Source: an uncultured Verrucomicrobiae bacterium | GTDB lineage: Bacteria > Verrucomicrobiota > Verrucomicrobiia > Limisphaerales > Palsa-1400 | DNA length: 64,000 bases | Assembly: GCA_963813995.1 (NCBI GenBank) | Contig: CAWFAZ010000049.1 | Coordinates: 71,593 to 135,592, forward strand | Direction: 5' to 3' | Part shown: positions 26,375 through 35,040 of the stretch, one piece after another | Layout of the letters: each line of letters starts with the position of its first letter | Numbering within the stretch: the first letter of the stretch is position 1 | Made by a program: the position numbers and the translations under genes | Notes under the pieces: model-generated | Seen by the model: the letters and a program-made list of their open reading frames with translations, nothing else | Told to the model about the DNA's origin: nothing | Databases searched by the model: none

Positions 26375-28849
26375 CTACTGATGCAAGGGGAGTCCCGCCT
26401 CGTAGCGTTTCAATTCAACGTTTAGCTGCCCCGCCAAATCCTGCCGTCCCGCGGCCTGGGCCAACTCAATGGCCTTTTGGACGCTGCGCCTGGCGTCATC
26501 AAACCGGCCGGCCTCGGCGAAGGCGGCGGCGAGGGTGCGGAGCACGACCGGGTTCTTTCCGCGGGCAAGCTCATTGGCCCGTTGAGCCAGTTGCACCGCC
26601 TTGTCGCCGTTGCGCAGCGACGCCTCCGGACACGTGGCCAACAGCCAGGCCAGGCTGTTTTGGAATTCGGGATCATTGGGTTGGAATTGCAGGGCCTGTT
26701 GGAACTGGGTGATCGCCTCCGCCACTTTTCCCTTTTGGCCAAGAGCGTTGCCGAGGCTGCTGTGCGCTTCCGCAGAAGCGGGCTTGATTTGCAGGGCCTT
26801 TTGGAAATGAACGATCGCATCGTCCACTTTTCCCCTTTGCAGGAGGATGCCGCCGAGGTTGACGTGGGCTGGGGCGCAGTCTGGATCGTTTTGCAGGGCG
26901 TGTTGGTAATGAGTGATTGCGTCGTCCACGCTGCCTTTTTGCAGCAGAGCGTTGCCGAGGTTGACGTGGGCTTGCGTGTAGCCCGGATCGTTTTGCAGGG
27001 CGTGTTGGTAATGGGTGATTGCATCGTCCACTCTGCCCTTTTCGAGAAGAATGTTGCCGAGATTGTAGTGCGCTTGCGGGTCGTCCGGATCGATTTGCAG
27101 GGCGTGTTGGTAATGAGCGATTGCTTCGTCCACTCTGCCCCTTTTGAGAAGAATGTCGCCGAGATTGTAGTGCGCTTGCGGGTAGTCCGGGTCGATTTGC
27201 AGGGCGTGTTGGTAATGAGCGATTGCTTCGTCCACTCTGCCCTTTTTGAGAAGAATGTTGCCGAGATTGCAGTGCGCCAGCGCATTGTCGGGATCGATCT
27301 GCAGCGCCTTTTGGAAATGGCCGGCGGCTTCCTCCACTCTTCCCTTGCGCAGCAGAGAGCTGCCGAGGCCGGCGTGGGCTTGCGCGCAGTCAGGATTGAT
27401 GTGCAGGGCATACATGAAATGGTAGATGGCTTCGTCCACCTTTCCTTTTTGCAAAAGAGCGTTGCCGAGGTTGAACTGCGGTATCTCGTAGTTGGGATTG
27501 ATATGCAGCGCCTGTCGCTGCTGGTAGATCGCCTCGTCCGTCCGTCCCTTTTGGAGAAGGGCGGTGCCAAGGTTGGAGCAGGCCACTTCGTTGTCTGTGG
27601 TGCAGGCGAGTGCGTGAGTCCACAAGGTTTCGCTGTTTTTCCAATAGGCGGTCTGTTTCCAGGCGCAGACCATCAACACTGCAAGCACGCCGCTCATCAA
27701 GCCCCCAAAAGCCACACGGCTCACCCTCCACTGCGCCGCCAGCCATGTCACCGCCAGATAAATCCCGATCTGGGGCAGGTAAGTGTAGCGATCTGCGTGG
27801 GCCTGTATGCCCACTTGGATGATTCCCGCCACCGGCAGCAGCATCGCCAAATACCAGAGCCACCCGACCAATAGCCACGGCTGCTTCCGCCACTGCCACA
27901 ATGCGGCCGCTGAAAGACCTGCCACCAGCGTCCCGGCCAGCGCCACTTCCCATGGCGGGAGTCCGTAGTGGTGATAGGGATAATGCGCCGCCAGTCCCAC
28001 CGGCCAGATCATCTGACGAAGGTAAACCACGCAGGCCACCAACGCGTTGCCCAAGCGGTACAGCAGCGAAAATGACCCGCCCGATTGAATGCCTTTGTTT
28101 TGCGCCAAAAACGTCGCGACGCACGAGGCGGTGGAGAGCGCGAGCAAGGGCAGCTTTTCCAGCAACAACCCCGAAAGCTTTCCGGGTTCCACCCGTTGCA
28201 ACGGCCAGTAGTCCAACAACAACAGCACCACGGGCAGCGTCACCAGCATCGGCTTGCACATCAGGCCCATGGCAAACAGAAGCATCACCAGCCCGTAACG
28301 GGCCAGCGACCACGGACGGCGCGCATAGCGGACATAAGCCCCAATGGTCAGCATGAAGAACAGCCCGCTGAGGATGTCCTTGCGCTCGGCCACCCACGCC
28401 ACCGATTCCGCCCGCAACGGATGGATGGCAAAGACTGCCGCGACAAACGCGCTGCGCCAAAGGGCGCCTGTCATCTCCCGCAGAACCAGAAAGAGCAGAA
28501 TGACCGTTGCGGTGTGGAGGAGGACATTGGTGAGATGATGTCCGCCGGGATGCAATCCGTATAACTGACAGTCCAGCATGTGGGAAAGCCAGGTCAGCGG
28601 GTGCCAGTTGTTGGCGTGAATGCCGGTGAACGCCCAGACGATTCCCTTGAGCGTCAGACCTTGGGCGACCATCGGATTGTCATACACATACGGATTGTCA
28701 TCGTAATTGACGAACTCGTGAGTCAGCGTCTGGCCGAAAACGGCAAAGGTGATCGCGGCCAGCACAAGGCAGACCACCGGCGCCAGCCAGCGTTTAGCCC
28801 GGCCGGTCGCGCGGGCGGCAGCATTGAGCGGGGGCTGTTGGCGGATCAT
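26375..28849 (-). CDS. TMTC/PMT-like multi-pass membrane protein with a long C-terminal TPR array (paralog of 459-2408)
   Basis: ORF 26375-28993. ATG at 28849 (MIRQQPPLN...) precedes the first TM segment. VNYDDNPYVYDN, NWHPLTWLSHM and FAIHPLRAESVAWVAERKD match the paralog. At least 11 TPR units. Confidence 0.8.
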   Translation of the reverse strand: MIRQQPPLNAAARATGRAKRWLAPVVCLVLAAITFAVFGQTLTHEFVNYDDNPYVYDNPMVAQGLTLKGIVWAFTGIHANNWHPLTWLSHMLDCQLYGLHPGGHHLTNVLLHTATVILLFLVLREMTGALWRSAFVAAVFAIHPLRAESVAWVAERKDILSGLFFMLTIGAYVRYARRPWSLARYGLVMLLFAMGLMCKPMLVTLPVVLLLLDYWPLQRVEPGKLSGLLLEKLPLLALSTASCVATFLAQNKGIQSGGSFSLLYRLGNALVACVVYLRQMIWPVGLAAHYPYHHYGLPPWEVALAGTLVAGLSAAALWQWRKQPWLLVGWLWYLAMLLPVAGIIQVGIQAHADRYTYLPQIGIYLAVTWLAAQWRVSRVAFGGLMSGVLAVLMVCAWKQTAYWKNSETLWTHALACTTDNEVACSNLGTALLQKGRTDEAIYQQRQALHINPNYEIPQFNLGNALLQKGKVDEAIYHFMYALHINPDCAQAHAGLGSSLLRKGRVEEAAGHFQKALQIDPDNALAHCNLGNILLKKGRVDEAIAHYQHALQIDPDYPQAHYNLGDILLKRGRVDEAIAHYQHALQIDPDDPQAHYNLGNILLEKGRVDDAITHYQHALQNDPGYTQAHVNLGNALLQKGSVDDAITHYQHALQNDPDCAPAHVNLGGILLQRGKVDDAIVHFQKALQIKPASAEAHSSLGNALGQKGKVAEAITQFQQALQFQPNDPEFQNSLAWLLATCPEASLRNGDKAVQLAQRANELARGKNPVVLRTLAAAFAEAGRFDDARRSVQKAIELAQAAGRQDLAGQLNVELKRYEAGLPLHQ
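26891..27298. repeat. four tandem 102-bp (34-codon TPR) units of high mutual identity inside the TPR gene
   Basis: Units start at 26891, 26993, 27095 and 27197, each beginning TTGCAGGGCGTGTTGGTAATG. The units at 27095 and 27197 are nearly identical over their first ~90 bp. Confidence 0.85.
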
Positions 28850-29004
28850 ATTGTGCGGGCTGTTGCCATTTCGTCCAAGGCTGGAGGAAAGCGCAAAAAG
28901 GGTCACGCATAAATAATTCCATATTTTTGGCAAGCCGGAAACAATTCCCGGCGGAGTCAAAGAAACCATTGCGTGAAGGGGGCAAAACCGCATAAACTGC
29001 GGCC

Positions 29005-30057
29005 ATGTTGCAGACTGTGGAAAGCCGGGAAAGAGCGGATGTCGTCTCTTCTTTCCGCGAGCAATATGTAAGGGCTTTTCGGTTCATGCTCCTTTCCCGA
29101 GTGCTGGATGAGAAGATGGCCAGCCTTTACCGCGGCGGAAAGATTCATGGCGGCGTGTTTCTGGGGCGCGGACAGGAGGCCCTGAGTGTTTCCGTGGGTC
29201 TGGCGCTGCGGAAAGGGGATGTTTTTGCGCCGCTCATCCGCGACGGCGCCGGACGGCTGGCCTTCGGCGAACCGGTTTTGGACGCCGTGCGCACTTACCT
29301 CGGTTCAGTCTTGGGCCCCATGCGCGGACGCGACGGCAACGTCCACCGCGGACGTCCCCGCGAGGGATTGTTTCCCATGATCAGCCATTTGGGCGCGATG
29401 ATTTCGGTGGTCAACGGCGCGTTGCTGGCGCGGCGATTTAAGAAAGTCGAGGGCATTGTGGGCGCGACTTGCATTGGCGAGGGGGGCACTTCGACGGGCG
29501 CGTTCCACGAGGCGTTAAATCAGGCGGCGATTGAAAGACTGCCGCTGGTTCTGGTCGTGGCCAATAATCAATATGCCTATTCGACGCCGAACTCGCGCCA
29601 ATTCGCCTGCCGCGAACTGACCGACAAAGCCATCGGCTACGGCGTGACCGCCCATAAAGTGGATGGCACCGATTTGGAAAAATGCCTGCACACCCTCCGT
29701 GAGGCAGTGGCGCAAGCCCGCGGGGGCGGGGGGCCGCAACTGGTTGTGGCCGAATTGTTGCGCCTCTGCGGGCATGGCGAACACGATGATGCCCAATACA
29801 TCTCGGCGCAATTCAAACAGTCGCACTTGGGGCGCGATTGCCTGAAGGTGGCCGAGGATCATTTGCTGCGCCGGGCCTGGGCCGACGCCGCCATCATTCG
29901 AAAATTTCGCAAGGAGGCCGCGCTCGAGGTCGAGCAAGCCGTGGCCCTGGTGCAACGCGAGCCTGGCCCGGATCCTTACAAGGAAAACTGGTGCGCCCTG
30001 GCCTCGCGCCATTTAAGCGAACGGTTCGAAACTCCCGACTCCGCCGCCAGCCCATGA
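29005..30057 (+). CDS. 2-oxoacid dehydrogenase E1 component, alpha subunit (TPP-dependent)
   Basis: 350 aa. TPP-binding region GEGGTSTGAFHEALNQAAIERLPLVLVVANNQYA. HGEHDD phospho-loop-like segment. Confidence 0.9.
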   Translation: MLQTVESRERADVVSSFREQYVRAFRFMLLSRVLDEKMASLYRGGKIHGGVFLGRGQEALSVSVGLALRKGDVFAPLIRDGAGRLAFGEPVLDAVRTYLGSVLGPMRGRDGNVHRGRPREGLFPMISHLGAMISVVNGALLARRFKKVEGIVGATCIGEGGTSTGAFHEALNQAAIERLPLVLVVANNQYAYSTPNSRQFACRELTDKAIGYGVTAHKVDGTDLEKCLHTLREAVAQARGGGGPQLVVAELLRLCGHGEHDDAQYISAQFKQSHLGRDCLKVAEDHLLRRAWADAAIIRKFRKEAALEVEQAVALVQREPGPDPYKENWCALASRHLSERFETPDSAASP

Positions 30058-31019
30058 GCCTCACCTACCTCGAAGCCATTCGCGAAGCCCAGGCCAAAGC
30101 GCTGGCCGACGATCCGCGTGTTTTTATCTACGGCCAGGACGTGGGGGCTTTCGGCGGCGCTTTCAAGGCGACCAAAAATCTCGCCGTGGAATTTCCCGGA
30201 CGCGTGCTCGACGCCCCGATCAGCGAGGACGCCATGGTCGGCGCAGCCATCGGCGCGGCCATCGAGGGTTTCCGTCCGATTGTCGAAATGCAGTTCGCCG
30301 ATTTTTCGACGCCGGGCTTTAATCAGATCGTCAATCACGCGGCCGCGCTCTATTGGCGAACGAATGTTCCCTGCCCGATTACCATCCGTTTGCCCTCGGG
30401 CGGAACTTCCGGGAGCGGCCCTTTTCACAGTCAGAGCATGGAAGCGATTTACGCGCATTATCCGGGATTGATCGTCATGACGCCGGCCACGGTGGAGGAC
30501 GCTTACAGCATGTTGCTGGAGGCGGTGGCCATTGATGATCCGGTCATCTTTTGCGAACACAAATACTTGTATTACCATCTCAAGGCTCCGCGCCTGCCGA
30601 CCGAAGCGATGCCGGTGGGCAAAGCGCGCATTGCCCGGGCCGGACGGGACCTGACCATCGTGGCTTACAGTGCGATGCTGCACGAGGCATTGGCCGCGGC
30701 GGAAGAGATGGCCGGCGAGGGCACGGAAATCGAAGTGGTGGATTTGCGCTCCATCAAGCCGCTGGACACGGACACCGTCGTGGCCTCGGTGGCGCGCACG
30801 GGCCGGTTGCTGTGCGTGGGCGAAGCCTGGCCGTGGGGCGGGGTCGCGGCGGAAGTCATCGCCCGGGTGGCCACGGAAGGCTTTGATTTGCTGGATGCGC
30901 CGCCCCAGCGTCTGAACGCAAAAGACACGCCGATTCCCTATCATCCAAATCTTTGGTCGGTGCATCGGCCAACCGCCCGCAGCATCGTGGCCGCGGCGCG
31001 CAATCTGTTGCGAATGTAA
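30054..31019 (+). CDS. 2-oxoacid dehydrogenase E1 component, beta subunit
   Basis: ORF 29838-31019. ATG at 30054 (MSLTYLEAIREAQ) overlaps the alpha stop as ATGA. Transketolase-like pyrimidine-binding motifs (ISEDAMVGAAIGAA). Confidence 0.9.
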   Translation: MSLTYLEAIREAQAKALADDPRVFIYGQDVGAFGGAFKATKNLAVEFPGRVLDAPISEDAMVGAAIGAAIEGFRPIVEMQFADFSTPGFNQIVNHAAALYWRTNVPCPITIRLPSGGTSGSGPFHSQSMEAIYAHYPGLIVMTPATVEDAYSMLLEAVAIDDPVIFCEHKYLYYHLKAPRLPTEAMPVGKARIARAGRDLTIVAYSAMLHEALAAAEEMAGEGTEIEVVDLRSIKPLDTDTVVASVARTGRLLCVGEAWPWGGVAAEVIARVATEGFDLLDAPPQRLNAKDTPIPYHPNLWSVHRPTARSIVAAARNLLRM

Positions 31020-31021
31020 AC

Positions 31022-32224
31022 ATGAAGCAGATTCCCATCATCATGCCGCAATTGGGCGAATCCATCGCCGAAGCCACCGTCATCACCTTTCTGATCAAGG
31101 CGGGCGACGAGGTGGCGGCCGATCAGGATATCATCGAAGTGGAAACCAACAAGGCGACCATGAACGTCTCTTCGCCGTGCCGGGGCATCGTCCGCCAACT
31201 CACGGCCAAATTGAAGGAAAGCTATCCGGTCGGCGCGGTGCTGGGTTATGTGGAAATACCGGCCGAGGAAGCCCGCCGTCTGGGGCTGGCCCCCCCGGCG
31301 CCCGAAGATGCCCAGACAACCGCCAACGGCGGCAGCGGCGCCAAGTCCGGCGACACGGAGAGGAAACGCAAGGTGGAACCGACGGTGCGGGGTTTGCCCG
31401 TTCCTGCTCATGCCGCCGGCGCCAGTTACATGTCGCCCCGGATGAAAGCGCGCATGAACGAACTGGGCCTGCACGCGGCGGACCTGGCGGGCCTGCCCGG
31501 CAGCGGGGCCGCCGGACGGGTGACCATTCAGGACTTCGAAAGATTTCTGGCCAATCTGGAAAAGAACAAACTGACCAACGCCTCGACCATGCGCGTGGCG
31601 GTGGCGGATGCGATGCGGCGGAGTTGGACCCGGCCGCTGGCCACAGTGGCGCTGCCCTGCTTATTTGACGCCATGCTGGCCCATCGAAAAGTCAGCCGGC
31701 CGAAAGCCGGGCCTGCTCTTTATGCCTTGCGCGCCCTGGCCGTGGCCCTGGCCGAGAATAGCGCCGTCGCCGGACGGCTCATTGGAAATAAAATCGTTCA
31801 TCCGCCCTCCATTGATCTCGGTTTCGCGGTCGAAGCGGAAGAGGGTGTGCTGGTGCCGGTGCTGCGCAACGCCGACGCCCGCCCGCTGGGCGAATTGGTC
31901 GGACGCTACAATGAATTGGTCGAATTGGCCCGGCAGCGGCGGCTGCCCAATGAGGCAACCGGCGGTTCCATTGCCACGGTGACAAATTTTGGCACCTTCG
32001 GCCTGACTTGGGCCACTCCCATTCCGCTGCCCGAACAAACCTTGGTGCTCGGATTGGGCGCGGGCAAAATGGTCCCGCATTGGGACGAAAAGAAAGAGCA
32101 ATTTATACCCGTGACCGAGGCGAATCTGACCCTGAGTTTTGATCATCGGGTGCTGGACGGCGGCGCGGCCGGGCGATTGCTGTCCAGAGTCGCGGCGCTC
32201 CTGCAAGAGCCGGAGAAATTATAG
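31022..32224 (+). CDS. dihydrolipoamide acyltransferase E2 component
   Basis: ORF 30953-32224. ATG at 31022 (MKQIPIIMPQLGES). Lipoyl domain (EVETNKAT), E3/E1-binding domain (SPRMKARMNELGL), catalytic SFDHRVLDG. Confidence 0.9.
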   Translation: MKQIPIIMPQLGESIAEATVITFLIKAGDEVAADQDIIEVETNKATMNVSSPCRGIVRQLTAKLKESYPVGAVLGYVEIPAEEARRLGLAPPAPEDAQTTANGGSGAKSGDTERKRKVEPTVRGLPVPAHAAGASYMSPRMKARMNELGLHAADLAGLPGSGAAGRVTIQDFERFLANLEKNKLTNASTMRVAVADAMRRSWTRPLATVALPCLFDAMLAHRKVSRPKAGPALYALRALAVALAENSAVAGRLIGNKIVHPPSIDLGFAVEAEEGVLVPVLRNADARPLGELVGRYNELVELARQRRLPNEATGGSIATVTNFGTFGLTWATPIPLPEQTLVLGLGAGKMVPHWDEKKEQFIPVTEANLTLSFDHRVLDGGAAGRLLSRVAALLQEPEKL

Positions 32225-32240
32225 GCGGGGCCGGATGTTT

Positions 32241-32329
32241 CGCGCAGAGGCGCAGAGGTCGCAGAGGAAAGCATAAATTTCACGTGTTCTCTCCTCGTAT
32301 TTCTCTGCGCTCTCCGCGTCTCTGCGCGA
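32241..32329. repeat. imperfect palindrome whose arms are tandem GCAGAGG octamers
   Basis: Left arm CGCGCAGAGGCGCAGAGGTCGCAGAGGAAA (32241-32270). Right arm at 32300-32328 is its approximate reverse complement. 29-nt loop. Confidence 0.65.
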
Positions 32330-32357
32330 GAATTCCCATGCAGGGTGGTCTAAGCCT

Positions 32358-33257
32358 TTATTGACCGGGCAAAACCTGATAGAACCGTTGCGGATTTCCG
32401 GGCAGCGACGCGTCGGTATTGGTGTCCACCCAAAGCTGAATTGGCTGGGTCAAAGTCAAGTTTGTCATCGTGACCCAGGAATTCGTGTTGCTTAAATTAG
32501 TCGTGCTCTCGATGATGTAGTTGTAGCCAACCACGCCACTGATTGTCAGTGTTGGAGACAATCCGAGGGAAACCCCGGCGGGATTGACAACCACTTGTTC
32601 CGGGGTGTTCGTCACGCTGCCCAACGCACTTGAGACCACGACCGAGTAAAGGCCGGCATTTGTGGCTTGGATGCTGGTCAAGGTCAATGTTTCATTGGTC
32701 GCATCATTGATGGCGTTCCCATCATCGAACCATTGATAATCCAACGGCCCTGTTCCCCACGCTACTATGCTCAACGTGTTTGTATAACCCCAATAAGTAT
32801 CCAACCCGCCAAAAGGAAGGGCCAAGAATGGATACATTGAAAGGGTGGCATTGGAACTGTTGGTCGTTCCAAAAGCGTTGGTGACGACAACGGCATACGT
32901 TCCCAAATTGGTCTGCACCACATGTGGAATCGTCAAACTGTTGGATGTTGCTCCGACAATGTTTGTGCTGTTGAATGACCATTGGTAGCTCAGGGGTTCG
33001 CTGCCCGTGGCTGTCACATTGAATGACGCGGTGTCGTAAGCATTGACCACCAGGGACTGCGGTTGAACAGTTATAGAAACTGGTTGGGGTACTGACTCGT
33101 AGGCATAAAGTTGCTGAACCTCTGACGCTGACATGGCAAGGTTGTAAATGCGAACGTCATCAATCAGACCGTTCCAAACATAACGCTCCCAGTCATCACA
33201 CCCCCCAGAGGCGGAGGCACCGATCCGTAAAGGCGTCAGTTCCTCACATTTCAACAT
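32358..33257 (-). pseudogene. 5'-truncated LamG / Ig-like repeat surface protein remnant
   Basis: The 299-aa ORF starts inside the C-terminal end of a LamG-type domain (NGLIDDVRIYNLAMSASEVQQLY). It continues with two Ig-like units (PLSYQWSFNSTNIVGATSNSLTI...GTYAVVVTN; LDYQWFDDGNAINDATNETLTL...GLYSVVVSS). No signal peptide. A stop lies immediately upstream. GC is lower than in the flanks. Confidence 0.6.
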
Positions 33258-33454
33258 TTTGATGATTTGGAGTCATGGGGACCTGCGGTTGAGAAAGGGT
33301 CCCGTTCCCGGCGCACGCCGCCCTGCATCAGTTGATTTTTGCGCCATGACGCGCAGAACTGATCAAGGTTCGTAGTCCCGCGTTTACGCGGTCTGCCGGC
33401 TAAAGCCGGGACTCCATGCCCCGCCCGCTCTGTCCACCAACAAACCACAGGGAA

Positions 33455-33537
33455 TTGCCGCAAAAGAACGCAAAGAACGCAAAGATAAGAGCTTATATTG
33501 TTTATCTTGTGTGATCCCTGTGTTCCTTTGTGGCAAA
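33455..33537. repeat. CCAC...GTGG-family imperfect hairpin with (AAAGAACGC)n arms
   Basis: Left arm TTGCCGCAAAAGAACGCAAAGAACGCAAAGATAAG. Right arm CTTGTGTGATCCCTGTGTTCCTTTGTGGCAA. Confidence 0.7.
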
Positions 33538-33727
33538 TTCATCTTTCATTGCGGCTTCTGCCGCGCCAGGACGTTTGGGCACGGAAAGGCTTCAATGGTG
33601 GCTCCGGTTTTTCCCATTGCGTAAATCCACTTTTCATACAGCATTTCAGCATGATTGTCGGCGCTAATGAGAACGCTGCAGAGTCAATACCAAAAATAGC
33701 CACTAAAGAACGCAAGGAACACAAAAG

Positions 33728-34186
33728 ATGAAAACGATCAAAGAACTCTGTGATGAGGTGCGGAAAACGGCTTATGCCATTCATGTGTATCACGGGCACA
33801 GGCATTTGGAGAAAGTGTATGAAAACGCCCTCGTAAACCGGTTGCGCAAGGCTGGCATCGAGGTCAAACAGCAGCATCCGCTCAATGTTTATGACGAGGA
33901 CGAGACTTTGATCGGCGAATATTTCGCCGACTTGCTGGTGGAGGGGCGTTTGGTGGTGGAGTTGAAGGCGTGCCGGACTACGGCGGATGAGCATATCGCG
34001 CAAATTCTGGGCTATCTCAAGTCGGCAAAGATTGACGACGGACTACTGATCAATTTCGGCAGCTACAAATTCCAGATCAAGAAATATGTGATGAGCCACG
34101 AAAGAACGCAGGGAACACAACCCCGAAAGCTTTCGGAGTTCCTCTGCTGCTTTTTTGCGTTCTTTGCGTTCCTTTGTGGCAAATGA
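33728..34186 (+). CDS. GxxExxY-family (PD-(D/E)xK-like) protein
   Basis: 152 aa. LEKVYENAL, IGEYFADLLVEGRLVVELKA (G-x-x-E-x-x-Y-like core) and INFGSYKFQIKKYV match the small GxxExxY family pattern. The last ~25 codons read through the flanking repeat. The stop overlaps the nfo ATG (ATGA). Confidence 0.8.
   Translation: MKTIKELCDEVRKTAYAIHVYHGHRHLEKVYENALVNRLRKAGIEVKQQHPLNVYDEDETLIGEYFADLLVEGRLVVELKACRTTADEHIAQILGYLKSAKIDDGLLINFGSYKFQIKKYVMSHERTQGTQPRKLSEFLCCFFAFFAFLCGK
34096..34179. repeat. CCAC...GTGG-family hairpin at the 3' end of the GxxExxY gene
   Basis: Left arm CCACGAAAGAACGCAGGGAACACAA (34096-34120). Loop contains the perfect palindrome CCGAAAGCTTTCGG. Right arm GTTCCTCTGCTGCTTTTTTGCGTTCTTTGCGTTCCTTTGTGG (34138-34179). 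Confidence 0.75.
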
Positions 34187-35040
34187 TTTTCGGGGCGCAC
34201 ATGTCTGTCAGCGGCGGGGCGGCCAGGGCGCTGGAACGCGGGGCGTCCATCGGCTGCGAGGTCGTCCAGATATTTGTCAAGAATAATATGCAGTGGTTCG
34301 GACGGCCGCATCCGCCCGCCGACATTGCGCTGTTCAAGCGGGAGGAGGCGCGCCTCCGGTTCGCCGCCGTTTTTGGGCACACGGGGTATCTGATTAATCT
34401 GGGCGCGGGGCCGTCCGGCAACCGCGCCAAATCCCTGCAATCGCTGATCCAGGAAATCACCTTCGCCGGGGCGCTCGGTTTGCCGTTTCTTGTCCTGCAT
34501 CCGGGGGCGCATCTGGGCGCGGGCGAAACGGCCGGCCTGCGGCGGATCGTGGAGGGATTGGATGAAGCGCTGCGCGCGACCCAGGACGCAAAAGTCCGGA
34601 TCGCCCTCGAAAACACGGCGGGGCAGGGGAGTTGCCTGGGAAATCAAATCGAGCATCTGGCGGCCATTTACGACGGCGTGGAAACCCCCGGACGCCTGGG
34701 ATTGTGTATTGACGCGGCCCATCTCTTCGCCGCGGGTTACGATATTCGAACGGGCAAGGGCTGGGACAAAACCATGCGGCGGATTGAGGCGCTGATTGGC
34801 CGGAAGGAGATACTGGCCTTTCATCTCAACGATTCGAAAACGGACCTCGGCTCGCGGGTGGACCGGCACGAGGACATTGGCAAGGGCAAAATCGGGCTGG
34901 AAGGGTTCCGCCACATTGTCAACGACGCGCGCTTCGAAAATTCCCCAGGCTGCCTGGAGACGCCCAAATCCGACGACCTGCATGAAGACGCGGCCAATCT
35001 GGCCGTGCTGCGCTCGCTGGTGACGGGTTCTGGTTCCTAA
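34183..35040 (+). CDS. nfo: deoxyribonuclease IV (endonuclease IV)
   Basis: ORF 34174-35040 (TTG). ATG at 34183 gives MIFGAHMSVSGG. Motifs LVLHPGAH, ALENTAGQG and FHLNDSK. Confidence 0.92.
   Translation: MIFGAHMSVSGGAARALERGASIGCEVVQIFVKNNMQWFGRPHPPADIALFKREEARLRFAAVFGHTGYLINLGAGPSGNRAKSLQSLIQEITFAGALGLPFLVLHPGAHLGAGETAGLRRIVEGLDEALRATQDAKVRIALENTAGQGSCLGNQIEHLAAIYDGVETPGRLGLCIDAAHLFAAGYDIRTGKGWDKTMRRIEALIGRKEILAFHLNDSKTDLGSRVDRHEDIGKGKIGLEGFRHIVNDARFENSPGCLETPKSDDLHEDAANLAVLRSLVTGSGS

Noticed and set aside
29838-30053. Upstream extension of the E1-beta ORF (MPEGGRGSFAAPGLGRRRHH...)
   Set aside because: It overlaps the 3' end of E1-alpha out of frame. The conserved E1-beta N terminus starts at the ATG at 30054, which is coupled to the alpha stop (ATGA).
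33539-34003. 154-aa minus-strand ORF overlapping the GxxExxY gene
   Set aside because: It is antisense to an ORF with clear family motifs, and its own sequence has no recognisable features. Part of it translates the hairpin repeat.
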